In this document: in pieces, positions 34,282-47,031 of the stretch
Layout of the letters: the number at the start of each line of letters is the position of its first letter
Numbering within the stretch: position 1 is the first letter of the stretch
Assembly: GCF_028641065.1 (NCBI RefSeq)
Contig: NC_073380.1
Span: forward strand, 91,388,001-91,452,000
Reading direction: 5' to 3'
DNA length: 64,000 bases
Source of the DNA: Leucoraja erinacea
Lineage: Eukaryota
Notes under the pieces: model-generated
The model's database searches: none
The model's input: only the letters and a program-made list of their open reading frames with translations
What the model was told of the DNA's origin: nothing
Position numbers and translations under genes: made by a program

Positions 34282-35405
34282 TTCCTGGGAGCCAGTCCCA
34301 CACAACATGAGCTGCCTCTCCGAGATACCCAGCTTTCCGTTCTGCGACACGGGGAGATGCTCAGTGTACGAGCCGCTCCTGCACACTCTACACTTCCTCA
34401 CCCTCGTTTTGCACCTGGACATGCTGTGGAGACCCGTGTTACCACTGGACAGTGAGGCAGGCCCTCTGTAAGATGGTCCTCCGCCTTTATATCGGGGACG
34501 GGGGGTGTTGCACAGAGTAATGATGTGTAATAGATATTTAAGTTCACGGACTCGCCAGCTGCCTGTCACTTCTGTAGCGTAGAAGAGATTGTTCTATGTC
34601 TATATGAAGTGTGAGAGGTTGCAGCCCTGTTTGAGTATCTAAAGGGGTTGCTCCTCAAATCTTGGCAGCATTTCAGCCCCACGCTCCTGATCTTTTGTCG
34701 GCAAATACAGAGGGGGAAGGGTTGGTCGGTGGAGGGTGGGGAGGGGGGGGGGGGGATCTCGCTGTTGGTTTGCTGATGGGCCTGGTCAAAATGGCCATTC
34801 TCGGCGTCAGCCGGCGAACAGTCGATGGTTCTGCCCGAGTCGACTGCCTGCCCCTTTTCCAGGTTTCCGTCCTTGCCCATATGTCCCTGGAGAGGGAACA
34901 AGCTGTGTCCGCAGGGACTGTGGAGGTTTTCCGTGGACGCTGGTTGCCGCGGGGGGTTGAGTGCATTGTGAAGGAGGATGATAATGTTGTAATCTGATGA
35001 TGGATTGATGGGTTTTTCAAACTGCTTGGCAGTTTTGATTTTTCCAGTATTTATAACTGTGATGTTTTGAATAAAAGCTCTTTGTTAAGGAAAAAAAAAA
35101 CCTGTTCCCCTCACACACTTTTAGTAAATTTGAGGCTATGGCCAGGTGGTATGTCCCAATAAAACAATTTGTTTATAATTTAAACACAAAATTGGTGCAG
35201 AAATACAGATGCTGCCAAAACCAAATCTGTTGGCTGGATAATGCTACAGCTTTGCATGTTAGTAACACTACAAAGGAGCAGAAATGAATAGATGATTGAT
35301 CCCACGGGCCCAGCACTGGTGTGAATGTGTCAGAAGCTCATTGTGAACTGGAGAGCTAAGAGGAGTCACTTTATGTAGCACTGACTGGCATCTCCTTCTT
35401 TTCAG

Positions 35406-35569
35406 CGCCTGACTTACAGCACAAACCATCCAATAGGTGATGCAGCCAAGCTTTACTGGCTGTTTTACAGAACACACCATTCTGGGATCCCTGGCATACT
35501 GATTACAGTCATCTTGTACATTGTGATTCTCCTCTGCTCCCTTACAATCCTGTATTTGTATTTGTTAAG
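35406..35569 (+). CDS. OFCC1: Internal coding exon C of OFCC1/ojoplano (not in the ORF track)
   Basis: Acceptor ccttcttttcag|C, donor AAG|gtaagt, 164 nt, phase 0 to phase 2. Encodes RLTYSTNHPIGDAAKLYWLFYRTHHSGIPGILITVILYIVILLCSLTILYLYLL (DAAKLYW motif plus a TM helix). Confidence 0.9.
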
Positions 35570-36607
35570 GTAAGTGACTTTCATTTAAAATCAAATGATC
35601 TTCAGGAGTAGGCAATTTGAAGGCATACAATGATGCTTAACATCTTCTCCCTTAGCCTTAGGATTAGGAGAAGACAAATGAACGTATGTGGGATCGCTGG
35701 GAATCTAGGCTCCAGACTACCATGTCATTTTGGTTTGTAGTGGGTACAGTAGTGGTTCCTGTCTTGGAGGATGCGACTCTTACTCAGGGAAGGATCACCA
35801 TATTTCAGGTGCTGCGAAGTTTTAATGCTATTGAGATGGTTCAGTTGGAGCCTTCACAAAATAAAAGTAAAAACTAATGGAGCTGTGCACTGGCTATCTG
35901 ACAATAGAGGCATGAGCAATCTTCCAGAGTCCCCAGAACTTCCTAGAAAAAGCAAGCTGTGGCATAATCAGGTGTTTATGGGAGGGGTGTGTAAAGTACT
36001 GAGTGTGAACAAACAGGCCTTTCATTCAGAAAGGTTGGGAATGATTGATTTACAGAATAGTGGTATGTTTGACTTAGCACAAGCATTAGTATCTGTCAGC
36101 GTATGCTTTAAACCCTACTTGTAGGGATGTGTACAAACACAGCACCATACGCTGATAGTTCTGCAATCTGCACTTCAACAGAAGGTTGGGTTTGAATGTG
36201 AGGGGGAAGTCTGTCAAAGTGCTTTGCACTGCTTTGAGCCGAGAAGCTGTCTGGCCTATCAAGCTGGTACTTTGTGGCTTCTGTTTCACATTATTCATTT
36301 ACTGTTTCGTTAGCATCATGCTACAATCTTGTTCTCATTACATAGAATTATGGCAAATTTAAAATAGTTAGTGCTGGGGCTCTGTGTTTTGTTGGAGGTC
36401 TTCCCATGCTCCTGCCCAGAAATTCATTTCTGGTGAAAACATTCATGGGCAATTGCAATAGGGTGTTCTTACATTGCGTCTGAAACTTCAAAGAGTAAAG
36501 CAATCTTCCATGTGGTGCATTTGGCATCACCACCTAGAAGTGAATTTAGCAGTTTTTTGATTCTATCTCTCTCCTCCTGTACTTAACATTTTAAAATGCA
36601 CAAAGAA

Positions 36608-36780
36608 GAAACAAGGAACTGGAATCTTGAGCAAAACACAAAGTGCAGGAGTAACTCAGCAGGTCAGGCAACATCTCAGAAAGACTTGGATAAACAATGC
36701 TTTGGGCCAGATTCTTCAGATAGACCCGACCTGAAACGCCGTCTATCCATGTCTTACAGAGATGTTGCCTGATCCACTCA
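36608..36780. mobile_element. Penelope-tail fold-back unit
   Basis: tcaggcaacatctc ... gagatgttgcctga inverted arms; the turn lies at ttcttcag / gacctgaaacgcc, inside the hammerhead-like motif. Confidence 0.7.
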
Positions 36781-37907
36781 CCCCCGCATTTTACGGTTTG
36801 CTCTTAAAATACACCATTGCTTTTCACCTCAAGTGGATCAAAATCCTGGCACTCCCTACCTAATAACATTGAGGAGCACCTCCATTAGAAGGTGACAAAC
36901 AAAACTGAAAAAGAGTTCCTTAATATATAGGAGAAGAGTAAACACAAACAGGAGGTTCTAACAATAAGAATGGATTTAACAGACTGGCACCGACAGATGG
37001 CTTGCTGGAATGAAATGACAAAATTGGGTTGATGTAGAAAGCATAGTCCACTTCCACTTGTTCAAGAACATTTAGTGGTTTGTAGTAAATGCTGGTCTTG
37101 CCCACAAGCCAGTTGGTAGTCAGTTCTAATGACTCTGGGTAAAGAAATTTCTGCGGGATTCTCTGTCGGATTTATAAATGAACGTTTCATATCTATTGCT
37201 CCTTATACTGGTCTCCCTCCTAATAGGCACAATGTGAGGAGGATGTTTCCTCTTGGGAGTCTAGAATCAAGTGTCACAGACTCAGGATGTGGTGTACTAC
37301 ATTCATGTGTGATGTGAGGAGTAGCTTCTTCACCTGCGGAACTCTGTACCACAGGGGTCCATGAAGAGCAAGTTGTTGAATATATTTAAGGAGGTAGATA
37401 CATGTTCTGCACTCAAAATGCATCAAGGGGCATGGGAATATAATATTAGCATAAGGAGCACCCATGATCATGCCAAAGGCAAAGAGGCTTGAAGGCCAAA
37501 TAACCAGCTTTTTTTCTCTTTTTTTTTCTTTTTTCTCTACTTCTTCATTTCAATCTTTGTTTCAAAGTGGAAAGACCTTCTCTGCCCCTATCTTTATTGT
37601 TTGCACCTCATTGTTTCTTTGCTTTTGCCCTTATTCGACCAGAGCAATTGAAATTAAATAAATGCCATGTCATCTGTTAATTTCACTCTCATTGGCAGGC
37701 TAGTTCATGTCTAACAGTTGGTGGTTGGTCCACCACATCCATGCAAAGACAAAGGTATCCTCAGCCTGATTGCAGGTGCATTTGCCAATCTTTGTAGATT
37801 GTGGTGCAATCACCTTGGAGTAAAATAATATCTGGAATTTGCAGTCAGCAGTGAGGTGGCAGTTCTCTCTGGTGATCTTTAAAATTAAAAGAAAATCCAA
37901 TTATTAA

Positions 37908-38302
37908 AAATTGATAGAGGTCTTTAAAATGATGAGAGGGATATGCAGAGTTGATGTGGACAAGCTTTTCCCTTTGAGAATAGGGAAGATTCAAACAAGA
38001 GGACATGACTTCAGAATTAAGGTACAGAAGTTTAGGGGTAACATGAGGGGGAACTTCTTTACTCAGAGAGTGGTAGCGGTGTGGAATGAGCTTCCAGTGG
38101 AAGTGGTGGAGGCATGTTCATTGGTATCATTTAAATTGGTATCATAAAAATAAATTGGATAGGCATATGAATGAGAAGGGAATGGAGGGTTATGGTATGA
38201 GTGCAGGCAGGTGGGACTAAGGGAAAAAAGTTGTTCGGCACGGACTTGTTGGGCCGAGATGGCCTGTTTCCGTGCTGTAATTGTTATATGGTTATATGGT
38301 TA
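37908..38302 (+). mobile_element. CR1 subfamily B 3' end
   Basis: IEVFKMMRGI.RVDVDKLFPLRIGK...; (atatggtt)n tail; near-identical to 11161-11545 antisense. Confidence 0.92.
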
Positions 38303-38717
38303 ATTCAGGTACACTTTCAATGTTTATGGGGAGGTTTACAATCGACATGCAGAAAGTTCTTTCTTCGGACCTAGACTTTAGTTTAGTTTATTGTCGCATG
38401 TACAGGAACAGTGAAAAGCTTTTGTTGCGTGATACCCAGTCAGCAGAAAGAAAATACATGATTACAATCAAGACAATACAGTGTATAGATACTTGATGAG
38501 GGAATAATGTTTAGTGCAAGGTTAAGCAAGCATGGCCCGATCAAGGATAGTCCGAGGGTCACCAATGAGGTAGATAGTAGATCGGAGAGTGAGTAGAATG
38601 TGGAATATGCTATCAGATGGAGCTTTTTGGATTCATTTAGTCATAGATGAAATACGTGTTTGACGGCTGTGTGACCTTGTGCCACAGAACACAATAACGA
38701 TAATATGTGAAGAAATG

Positions 38718-38940
38718 TATTTCCTCAGAGAGTGGTGGATCTATGGAATTCTGCCACGGAAGGCTGTGGAGGCCAAGTCAGTGGATATTTTTATGGCAGA
38801 GATAGATAGATTTTTGATTAGTACAGGTGTCAGAGGTTATGGGGAGAAGGCAGGAGGGAGAGATAGATCAGCCATGATTGAATGGAGGCGTAAACGTGAT
38901 GGGCCGAATGGCCTAATTCTACTCCTATTACATAACCTTA
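38718..38940 (+). mobile_element. CR1 subfamily C 3' end
   Basis: cagagagtggtg...gaggccaagtca...gggccgaatggcctaattct. Confidence 0.75.
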
Positions 38941-39201
38941 TATAACACAATAATTTTGGGTGGTTTACAATAAAAACTGTTTGTAAATAGCAAAATTAAT
39001 GGTGAGTAGACTGATTCTCCCTTGATTGTAATTCAGAAGGATGCAGAGTTCAGGAGGGACACTGAATTACTGACAGCAATTTTCAGTTTATCAGGCTAAA
39101 TTACACAGACAACCAATTCCCAAAGCTTCTGGTATTTTGCAGTTTAACAATGATAAATGCTGATAGCTTCAATGTCATTAACTTTGTAACGACAGGCCAA
39201 T

Positions 39202-39702
39202 ATAGAGGGAGTACAGAGAAGGTTCACCAGACTGATTCCTGGGATGTCAGGACTTTCATATGAAGAACGACTGGATAGACTCGGCTTGTACTCGCTAGAA
39301 TTTAGAAGATTGAGGGGGGATCTTATAGAAACTTACAAAATTCATAAGGGGTTGGACAGGCTAGATGCAGGAAGATTATTCCCGATGTTGGGGAAGTCTA
39401 GAACTAGGGGTCACAGTTTAAGGATAAGAGGGAAGTCTTTTAGGACTGAGATGAGAAAATCACTTTTCACACAGAGAGTGGTGACTCTGTGGAATTCTCT
39501 GCCACAGAAGGTAGTTGAGGCCAGTTCATTGGCTATATTTAAGAGGGAGTTAGATGTGGCCCTTGTGGCTAAAGTGATCAGGGGGTATGGAGAGAAGGCA
39601 GGTTACAGGATACTGAGTTGGATGATCAGCCATCATTTTGAATGGCGGTGCAGGCTCAAAGGGCCGAATGGCCTACTCCTGCACCTATTTTCTATGTTTC
39701 TA
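39202..39702 (+). mobile_element. Young CR1 subfamily A 3' end, followed by a minus-strand SINE fragment (39705-39890)
   Basis: [31 protein letters not shown]...; ttctatgtttcta tail. Confidence 0.92.
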
Positions 39703-40277
39703 AATACACCCACCTACATAGTAGGAGTAATGTACAACAGCCAATTGACTTTCTAACCTGCATGTGTTTGGATTATGGGACAAAACCAGAGCACGTGGTG
39801 GACACCCACACTATCAAAGTGCAAACTCCATGGGGGCAGCATCTGAGGCCAGGATCAAACCTGGCTGATTGGAACTAATGAAGTTTAGTTCTACTAGCCA
39901 CATAACACTAGGTGTGTCATCTAATAAATACCATTGTAAAGATTGTGGAGAAAACCAATGGGACATTAAAAAAATGTTTGCTTGTTCATTATTTTTCTGG
40001 GAACACTTTAGCTTTATTAAGAACCAGCACCAAACCATGAATGATTTTTTATTTGTCTCATGCATTTCAAAATCGTAAGGTCCTAAAGAATTTCCAAATA
40101 ATGAAATACTTTTAAATTGTGGTCACAGCTATAATATGGCAACAGTGATAGTTATTCTCCACCCAGAATATGCTCCCAAGACCCAATGAGCTAAATTACC
40201 AGATGGTCCTTTTTAATGATACTGACAAAGTGAGAAATATTTACGATGACTATGGAGGTCATGAAGTCCAGAGGTAC

Positions 40278-40410
40278 CTCAGCGGGTCAAGTAGCATCTC
40301 TGGAGAACATGGATAGGTGATGGTTCACATCGGGACCCTTCAGATCCATTGTAGAGAGGTTGGGGAAAGATAGCAGGATGAGAGGAGAAGCAGGTGATAG
40401 GTAGACACAG
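40278..40410 (-). mobile_element. Penelope 3' UTR fragment
   Basis: ctcagcgggtcaagtagcatctctggagaacatggataggtga matches 49485-49530. Confidence 0.7.
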
Positions 40411-40887
40411 GCAAGGCAGCCAACATCTACAGTTCATTGTTTCGACATAATGGAGGCAATGTCCTTGCCTTTCACAATAGCAAGATTGTGATGCATTTGG
40501 TTGCAGCATCAACATCAGTTCAGTTGTGGGCAGATTGGTTAGAGACCATTTTGATTTTAAAAACATTTAGTCTTGCAAAAGTACTGTTTTGAGTTTTGAC
40601 AGCCCCCTACTATTCTGCTGGGAAGTGGCACTCACTGGAAAGTGTACAGACAGAGAATGTGGCGTTGGTGGTGGAATATCATGGAACCCTTTTCATTGTC
40701 ATGAAAGACTCGCAAGTCTTTTTGTCAATCATAATCCATCCTCAGTACATGTCTCCAGACACGAATAGAATATAAATAGCGACACAGTTACATTTCAAGT
40801 TGCCCCTAGTATGTAGGGAGTAGGCGAGGATGTTTTCGAGGAGATTTTGAAATACACAGTATTCAAGTTACATTTCTCCGTGGATTG

Positions 40888-41290
40888 TCACCTTGTCGTG
40901 GTGGAGAAACTTGTGTGGTCCTAAGATCCTGAGAGCGATGCCGTCTGGAGCTGTGCTCTTGGTAGGGTCACCCATGGCGGTAAGGTCGAGGGGGAGGTCT
41001 CTGACAAAGAGCAATTCAACCAAGACCTCAACGGTGGAACAGGCGGAGGAAGATGGTTGACGTTAGTGGAGCGTCACAACGGCTGGGAAGGCGGATGAAG
41101 GCTGCAGCAGAAAAGGGTCTCCGGTCGTCTTGGATTCCATGCCATTGGATCCTGACCCAGATCTGTCAAGGACCATGCGGTGGCTGTCTGTGCACCAGTC
41201 TCCCCACATTAAACAAAGTCACGCTCAGGTGCCCTCCATTAGAGGACAGTCATACTCGTTTCGAGTGACCACCGATGATGATGATGATCA
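40888..41290 (+). mobile_element. RTE-derived (BovB/Rex3-Expander-like 5' UTR) bipartite non-autonomous element
   Basis: Starts caccttgtcgtggtggaga...ggtagggtcacccatggc...ctgacaaagagc (RTE 5' UTR motifs); 3' hairpin actcg-ttt-cgagt; (gat)5 tail; 8-bp TSD GTGGATTG at 40880-40887 and 41291-41298; no ORF. Confidence 0.8.
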
Positions 41291-41349
41291 GTGGATTGAA
41301 ATCCACGATGGTCCATCGGCTACCAAAAGATGTACTGAGCTTCTGAATT

Positions 41350-41580
41350 TGATTGATTGAGTGATTGATTGATTGAAAGATACAGCATAGAATAAGCCCT
41401 TTGACCCACGGAGTCCATGCCGACCTTCGATCACCCGTTAACACTAGTACTATGTTATCCCACTTTCTCGTCCACTCCCTACATACGTGGGGCAATTTAG
41501 AGGTCAATTAACTAACCGACCCACATGTCTTTGGGATGTGGGTGGAAGCAGGAGCACCTGGAGGAAACTGCCAGGGTCAA
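41350..41580 (-). mobile_element. HE1/V-SINE 3' half with (caat)n tail
   Basis: Antisense SINE core atgtctttgggatgtggg...ggagcacctggaggaaac and a CR1-type tail. Confidence 0.75.
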
Positions 41581-42099
41581 CAGTTTAGGACCTTATGATT
41601 TTGAGATACATTAGATACATAAAAATGCAACACAGGTTGCTGGTATTACCGACTGCACCATCATGACCCCCCTTTAGTTCTTGGAATCAGAGGAATTTCC
41701 TTGTATTTCTCTACTTGGTGGTTGTCACTGTGAGTGTGAATATTAGCGTGCAATCCATTTTGTTCCTTTGTTACTTTTTCTACAAGCATTTAAATCCAAT
41801 TCTTAATTGCCTGTGTAAAGAGAAACAGCTATTGAACTGCTGCAGTAGCTTTGGTGGAGACAAAACCATGTTTTTACTGGGTAGCGAGTTCCAGGATTTT
41901 GTCCTGGGCATTAATGAGTATTACATGGAGATTATTTCCAAGCTAGGATGGAGTTGCGAGGAAACCTGGAGGTTGGTGGGTTCTCTTGTGCCTGCTGCTC
42001 TTGCCCCAGGCGGTAGATGTGAGTTTGTGAGGAATTGTCAAAGAAACGAGGTGAACTTCTGCACTGCACTTTGTAGATGGCACACAATGACATTGCCTA

Positions 42100-42198
42100 A
42101 AACAAACAGAAATGCTGGGAGAACTCAGCCTGTCAAACAACATCTGTGGGAAAAAACGGAGTCAACATTTGGGGTCAGTGGACCCTTCCTCAGAACTG
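42100..42198 (-). mobile_element. Older Penelope tail with a decayed hammerhead-like core
   Basis: Minus strand agttCTGAGGAagggtccactgaccccAAAtgttgact. Confidence 0.6.
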
Positions 42199-43249
42199 TC
42201 TTGTCTGTCCAGAAATGTTTCATCCTGGCTGGTCACAGAAGTTCAGCAGATTGAGGTCTTGTTAGGGATGAGAGTGGGCTGCCAGGAGCCATAAATGCTT
42301 GGGACTTGGAAAACTCAGCTGCCAGGGACAGAGTCTTGGCTCTTGGCATGGCAGTCCGGTTCCTTTGTGACACTAGGCCTAATAGTGGATGAAGGACTGG
42401 CGGGTGAGCTGCCGTTGTGTGCTTTGGTTGGGAAACATACACTCCTTAAGTGGTGCCATTGTCAGTAGTATAGGATAGTACCTCCTCCAGATGACCTACA
42501 GGAGAGGTGCAAAATAGGATACATTTATGTCATGGAAGGCCTCAGTAAGCTTGGGGAAGTGGTGAAGCCCAGCACCAGTGTACGCATCTACTAGAGTTGC
42601 AACAACTCAGGCGGGTTAGTCCTTGTTGCAGCCTGAATAATGGTTATGATACATTCAATGGCAGACTGCACCAATAAGCTTCACATACCAGTTGGGAACA
42701 GACGGGTTCATACCTTCATACCTTCCACCAGGTTAAGTCGCCCCATGGCATGCAATCCACTGCAGGTGACAATTTCATGGTACACCTTACAACTATTGGA
42801 AGTCATGATACAGTGGGGCTAGAAGATGTATGTATCTTCCAGTGAACTGAACCCAGAGACACCCTCCACTCCAGCCCCCTTGCTTACCTGCTGAGACATG
42901 AGCTGGGGGTTGTAAGGATCAGAAAAGGTGGTAGCACAACGCCAGATGAAGGTCATTCTTCCTCTGGACCTGGACATTTTTTTGCCTGATAATTCTGAGG
43001 TTTTTGGAAGGATAATAGCAGCAGAGGTAAAGTCCCGCTGTCTGCCAATGATCCAGACCTGAAAATGGCAGCCGATCCTACACAAATGAAAAGGAAATAC
43101 CAAAGTAATTCAGACGGCTCATCCCAACTACTGCCCATGTCTATTGCCCATTCAAGATCTTTATTCCATAAAACACCAATTCAATGGATGCAAATGTTAA
43201 ATTTAAATTCCACATGTTTTGCTTTTCATTTAAACATCTTAAGATATCA

Positions 43250-43826
43250 AACATAGAAACATAGAAATTAGGTGCAGGAGTAGGCCATTCGGCCCTTCGA
43301 GCCTGCACCGCCATTCAATATGATCATGGCTGATCATCCAACTCAGTATCCCGTACCTGCCTTCTCTCCGTACCCCCTGATCCCCTTAGCCACAAGGGCC
43401 ACATCTAACTCCCTCTTAAATATAGCCAATGAACTGGCCTCAACTACCCTCTGTGGCAGAGAGTTCCAGAGATTCACCACTCTCTGTGTGAAAAAAGTTT
43501 TTCTCATCTCGGTTTTAAAGGATTTCCCCCTTATCCTTAAGCTGTGACCCCTTGTCCTGGACTTCCCCAACATCGGGAACAATCTTCCTGCATCTAGCCT
43601 GTCCAACCCCTTAAGAATTTTGTAAGTTTCTATAAGATCCCCTCTCAATCTTCTAAATTCTAGAGAGTATAAACCAAGTCTATCCAGTCTTTCTTCATAA
43701 GACAGTCCTGACATCCCAGGAATCAGTCTGGTGAACCGGCTCTGCACTCCCTCTATGGCAATAATGTCCTTCCTCAGATTTGGAGACCAAAACTGTACGC
43801 AATACTCCAGGTGTGGTCTCACCAAG
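43250..43826 (-). mobile_element. Young CR1 subfamily A 3' portion
   Basis: [15 protein letters not shown]...GYGEKAGTGY*; near-identical to 33700-34280. Confidence 0.95.
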
Positions 43827-45315
43827 AAAGTTATGTGTGTTACTATGCACTTAAACATTATTATTTGCAAATTTTATTTGAAGTTTCAGGATTTAATATC
43901 CTGCTCCTGTATTGTATTTCTTGTTGCTGGCACCTCTCAACTAGATAAAGCAATTAAAGGGTTACAGGCTGGCTCCTTGCTGTGAAGATGGCGAGGACTG
44001 ATGTTTGAAGCAGGAATGGAGTCTGTGGTATTTAAGTTAGCATTTCTGTACTCTTACTTTAGTGTGGTCATTTATTATGATAAATAAATTCAAACCTACA
44101 TGAAGGGTGAATGAAGCTAAAACAGAGCCAGTTTATTTGTACAGCAGGTTCCAGTACCAACCATCAACTAACATTGAGAAGCACGACAAAAGTCCTTTCA
44201 ACTCTTTTTGTCTTCAACAAGCAGGAGAGGCGGGATACCGATCAGAGGTTTAATAAACAACACACACACACACACTCACACACACACAAAATAAAACTGA
44301 CTTTCAAGTATTCAGGACAGGTTTAGCGTACCTCTGGGCTGTCTTTGCATATATACACTTTCTCATTTCTTCAATATCAGTCTCAGGCATCAAAGCCAAA
44401 CCATTTCCTCATTAATATCAGTAGCACATGTTCACTGCCTAATGTCATAATGTCGGCTTTAACTAAGTGACCAGTGTTAAAATGCAAGACAATAATAATG
44501 GCTTTTGCCACTCACAGTGCAGTGAATTGTTGCGAATGTAGGCCACTGATGTGTCTTGACTTCAGAAGCTGCCACTTCCTATTGGCTGTTATCGCAACTT
44601 GTGACACAGCGTATGACCTATTTCTAAAAGAGAAAGGCCTCGGGCAGTGTACAAAGATGGTCTGCGCTGTTATCCTGGTTTTAATTACATATTAAAGAGG
44701 TACACTGTTTTCTTGTAGCATTGCACTGGTTTGCTATTGCACTTTTAGAACAAAGTGATACAACACCTAGATCAGGCTGTTCGTAGAATACAGTGAACGA
44801 TGGTAGTCTGGAAGTTTGTCCATTCACATTTGTCAAATGTGCTACTGTGGAAATCTATGTATACCTAAGCCCCCCCCCCCCTCACTTCCCTGTCACCTCA
44901 GAAATTCAGTTCCACTGAATCCAATGTAAAACAAATTTTCACAAGTATGATTCAGATGGGACTCACCACTACATCCAGCATCTGGTGCTCATAACTCTCA
45001 ACCTCTGTAATTCTGGGTGACACCAATCTCTTGCTTTGAGAAGCGGGCATCACTGGCAATACCATCATATATAGTGTATCCTTTGTTGTCCTTGAGAAGT
45101 GGTGTGATCTAATATCGAGCCAGTGGTTTATATTGACAGCCATTTGTGTCTTGAGGAGTATATGACCAGAGGACGTTGCTGCATTACACTCATTTTTGTG
45201 TACAATACTGAACATAAATTGGCAGAATAACTACATCCAAAAGCAAAGTTACGCAGACGTTGTAAATCTGAAGTAAAATTCAGGATACATTTTAACACAC
45301 TTCTACCTCTTTAAG

Positions 45316-45475
45316 TCTGCAGTCAACTGGGCACCTGCACGATGTCTTCTACCGATTGCATTCCACTGAGGAGAGATTCTTCGTTCCTCGGGACTTGGAG
45401 CTGTCCAATCAAGAGCTCAGCTACATAGTGAAGAGAGCTGCGCAATGGAGGGGAATCAACAGTGAGAGAAGAAAG
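45316..45475 (+). CDS. OFCC1: Internal coding exon D of OFCC1/ojoplano (not in the ORF track)
   Basis: Acceptor ctctttaag|T, donor AAG|gtgagt, 160 nt, phase 2 to phase 0. Encodes LQSTGHLHDVFYRLHSTEERFFVPRDLELSNQELSYIVKRAAQWRGINSERRK, matching the recalled Ofcc1 motif DLE.SNQELSYIVKR..QWRGIN.ERRK. Confidence 0.9.
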
Positions 45476-46199
45476 GTGAGTGAACAGAGCAGAGGACTAG
45501 ATTCCTAAAGAATCTCATTGTAGATCTGAATATACTCCCTTTCAATTGCGTTACCTGCTTAACAATTATGTGTTTTTCCCTGGGTTTTTTTTTAAGTGAA
45601 GCAGTGTGAAATTGTGAGCATCAGTGATAGGATGAGAATTTTTATACTGACGAATTGTAATGTTTATGTTGGCCTAAAATAAGACACCTTGATAGTGTCC
45701 TCTGTGATGTTCAAAGGAAAGACTCTGAACTCTTGAAGGCATAGTGAGGATAATAAAAGCCTCATGGTTTAACACACCATTGGGGAGGAACATATCCATC
45801 CGTTCCTTTTCCCCCATTGTGAACAAGTAAAGTTTGGTGATGATAATTAGAATAACACATGTGCCTATGTCTACATAGTCCTTCTCCAGGCTCCAGGTAC
45901 AGTGGCCCATCTATTAGAGCAGCATCAGAGAAGCAAGTTCAATCCTGATTCAATTTACATGGATTTTTTCAAAGTGTGCTGGTTCCCTTTTGCATCACAA
46001 ACATGGCCACTATAATTACCTGCCTTAAATAACCCCTGGTGAATGTTAGAATCTGGGGAGAGGTCATGAGAATGCCAGTCAAATGAAAAATTGGATACAT
46101 TTAGGATTAGTGTAAATAGGTTGTCAGTGGTCTGCGGAGACATGGTGTGCCTGTCTCAGAACAAAAATGATTGGTTCATTTCTGGGGTGAAGGGATTGT

Positions 46200-46920
46200 T
46201 TAGATTAGATTAGCTTATTGTCCGAGGTACAGTGAAAACCTTTGTTGCATGCTAACCAGTCAGCAGAAAGACTATGCATGGTTACAATCGAGCCAAACAC
46301 AGTGCACAGATACACGATAAAGGGAATAACATTTAGTGCAAGATAAAGTCCAGTAAAGATGTATTAAAGATAGTCCAAGGGTCTCCAATGAGGTAGATAG
46401 TAGCAAAGAACCATACAGAGAGATGTGAGGTGTTGCATTTTGGAAAGTCTAACCTGGGCAGAACCTACACAGTGAATGGTAGGGCTCTGGGAAGTGTTGT
46501 AAAGCTGAGGAATCTTGGAATGCAGATACATAGTTGTTCGAAGGTTGCGTCACAGGTAGATGGGGTGGTCAAAAGAGCTTTTGGCACATTGGCCTTCATC
46601 AGTCAGAGTATTACGTATAGAAGTTGGCAGGTCATGTTATAGTTATATATGATGTTGGTGAGGTCACATTTAGTGGGAAACGCTGATAAGTGGGACTAGT
46701 GTAGATGGAACATGTTGGTCAGTTTTGGCAAGTTGGGCCGAAGAGCCTGTTTCCACTGTATGATCGCTTTTAAGTTGTTGATAGGATGATCCAGTTGCCT
46801 GATAAAGGTGGGGAACAATCTGTCCCTGAATCTGCCCATGTGTATTTTCACCCTTCAATAACTCTCCAGTACCAGTCAATGGTAGGGAGGTTGGTTTGTG
46901 CCATGGTCTGTGCTGTGGGA
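46200..46920. mobile_element. Rex1 3' end (minus) split by a plus-strand CR1 fragment (about 46420-46770)
   Basis: Rex tail 46200-46405 resumes at 46773 (agttgttgataggatgatccagttgcctgata); CR1 peptide LHFGKSN...VKRAFGTLAFISQSI. Confidence 0.75.
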
Positions 46921-47031
46921 ACAATTGAAGTTGGCCCTGTATTCTTTGGTGCATAGAGAATGAAAACTGAAATTAATGAAGCATAAAAAATCTTGAGGGT
47001 GCTTGAAAGGGTAACAAGATTATGAATGTAA

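Larger units (their letters stand above)
32920..35100 (+). mobile_element. Decayed L1-Tx1 retrotransposon 3' part, interrupted by a Penelope mini-unit and a CR1
   Basis: Zn-knuckle remnant FTDSPAACHFCSVEE...CERLQP, HFSPTLLIF, GDLAVGLLMGLVKMAI; stop near 34997, AATAAA 35070-35075, A10 35091-35100. Confidence 0.75.

Noticed and set aside
41715-42254. 179-aa ORF
   Set aside because: Runs through an old repeat and an antisense Penelope tail; no coherent protein signature.
42200-43090. Possible old LINE 5' region
   Set aside because: Only faint resemblance to the RTE-like element; could not be assigned by eye.
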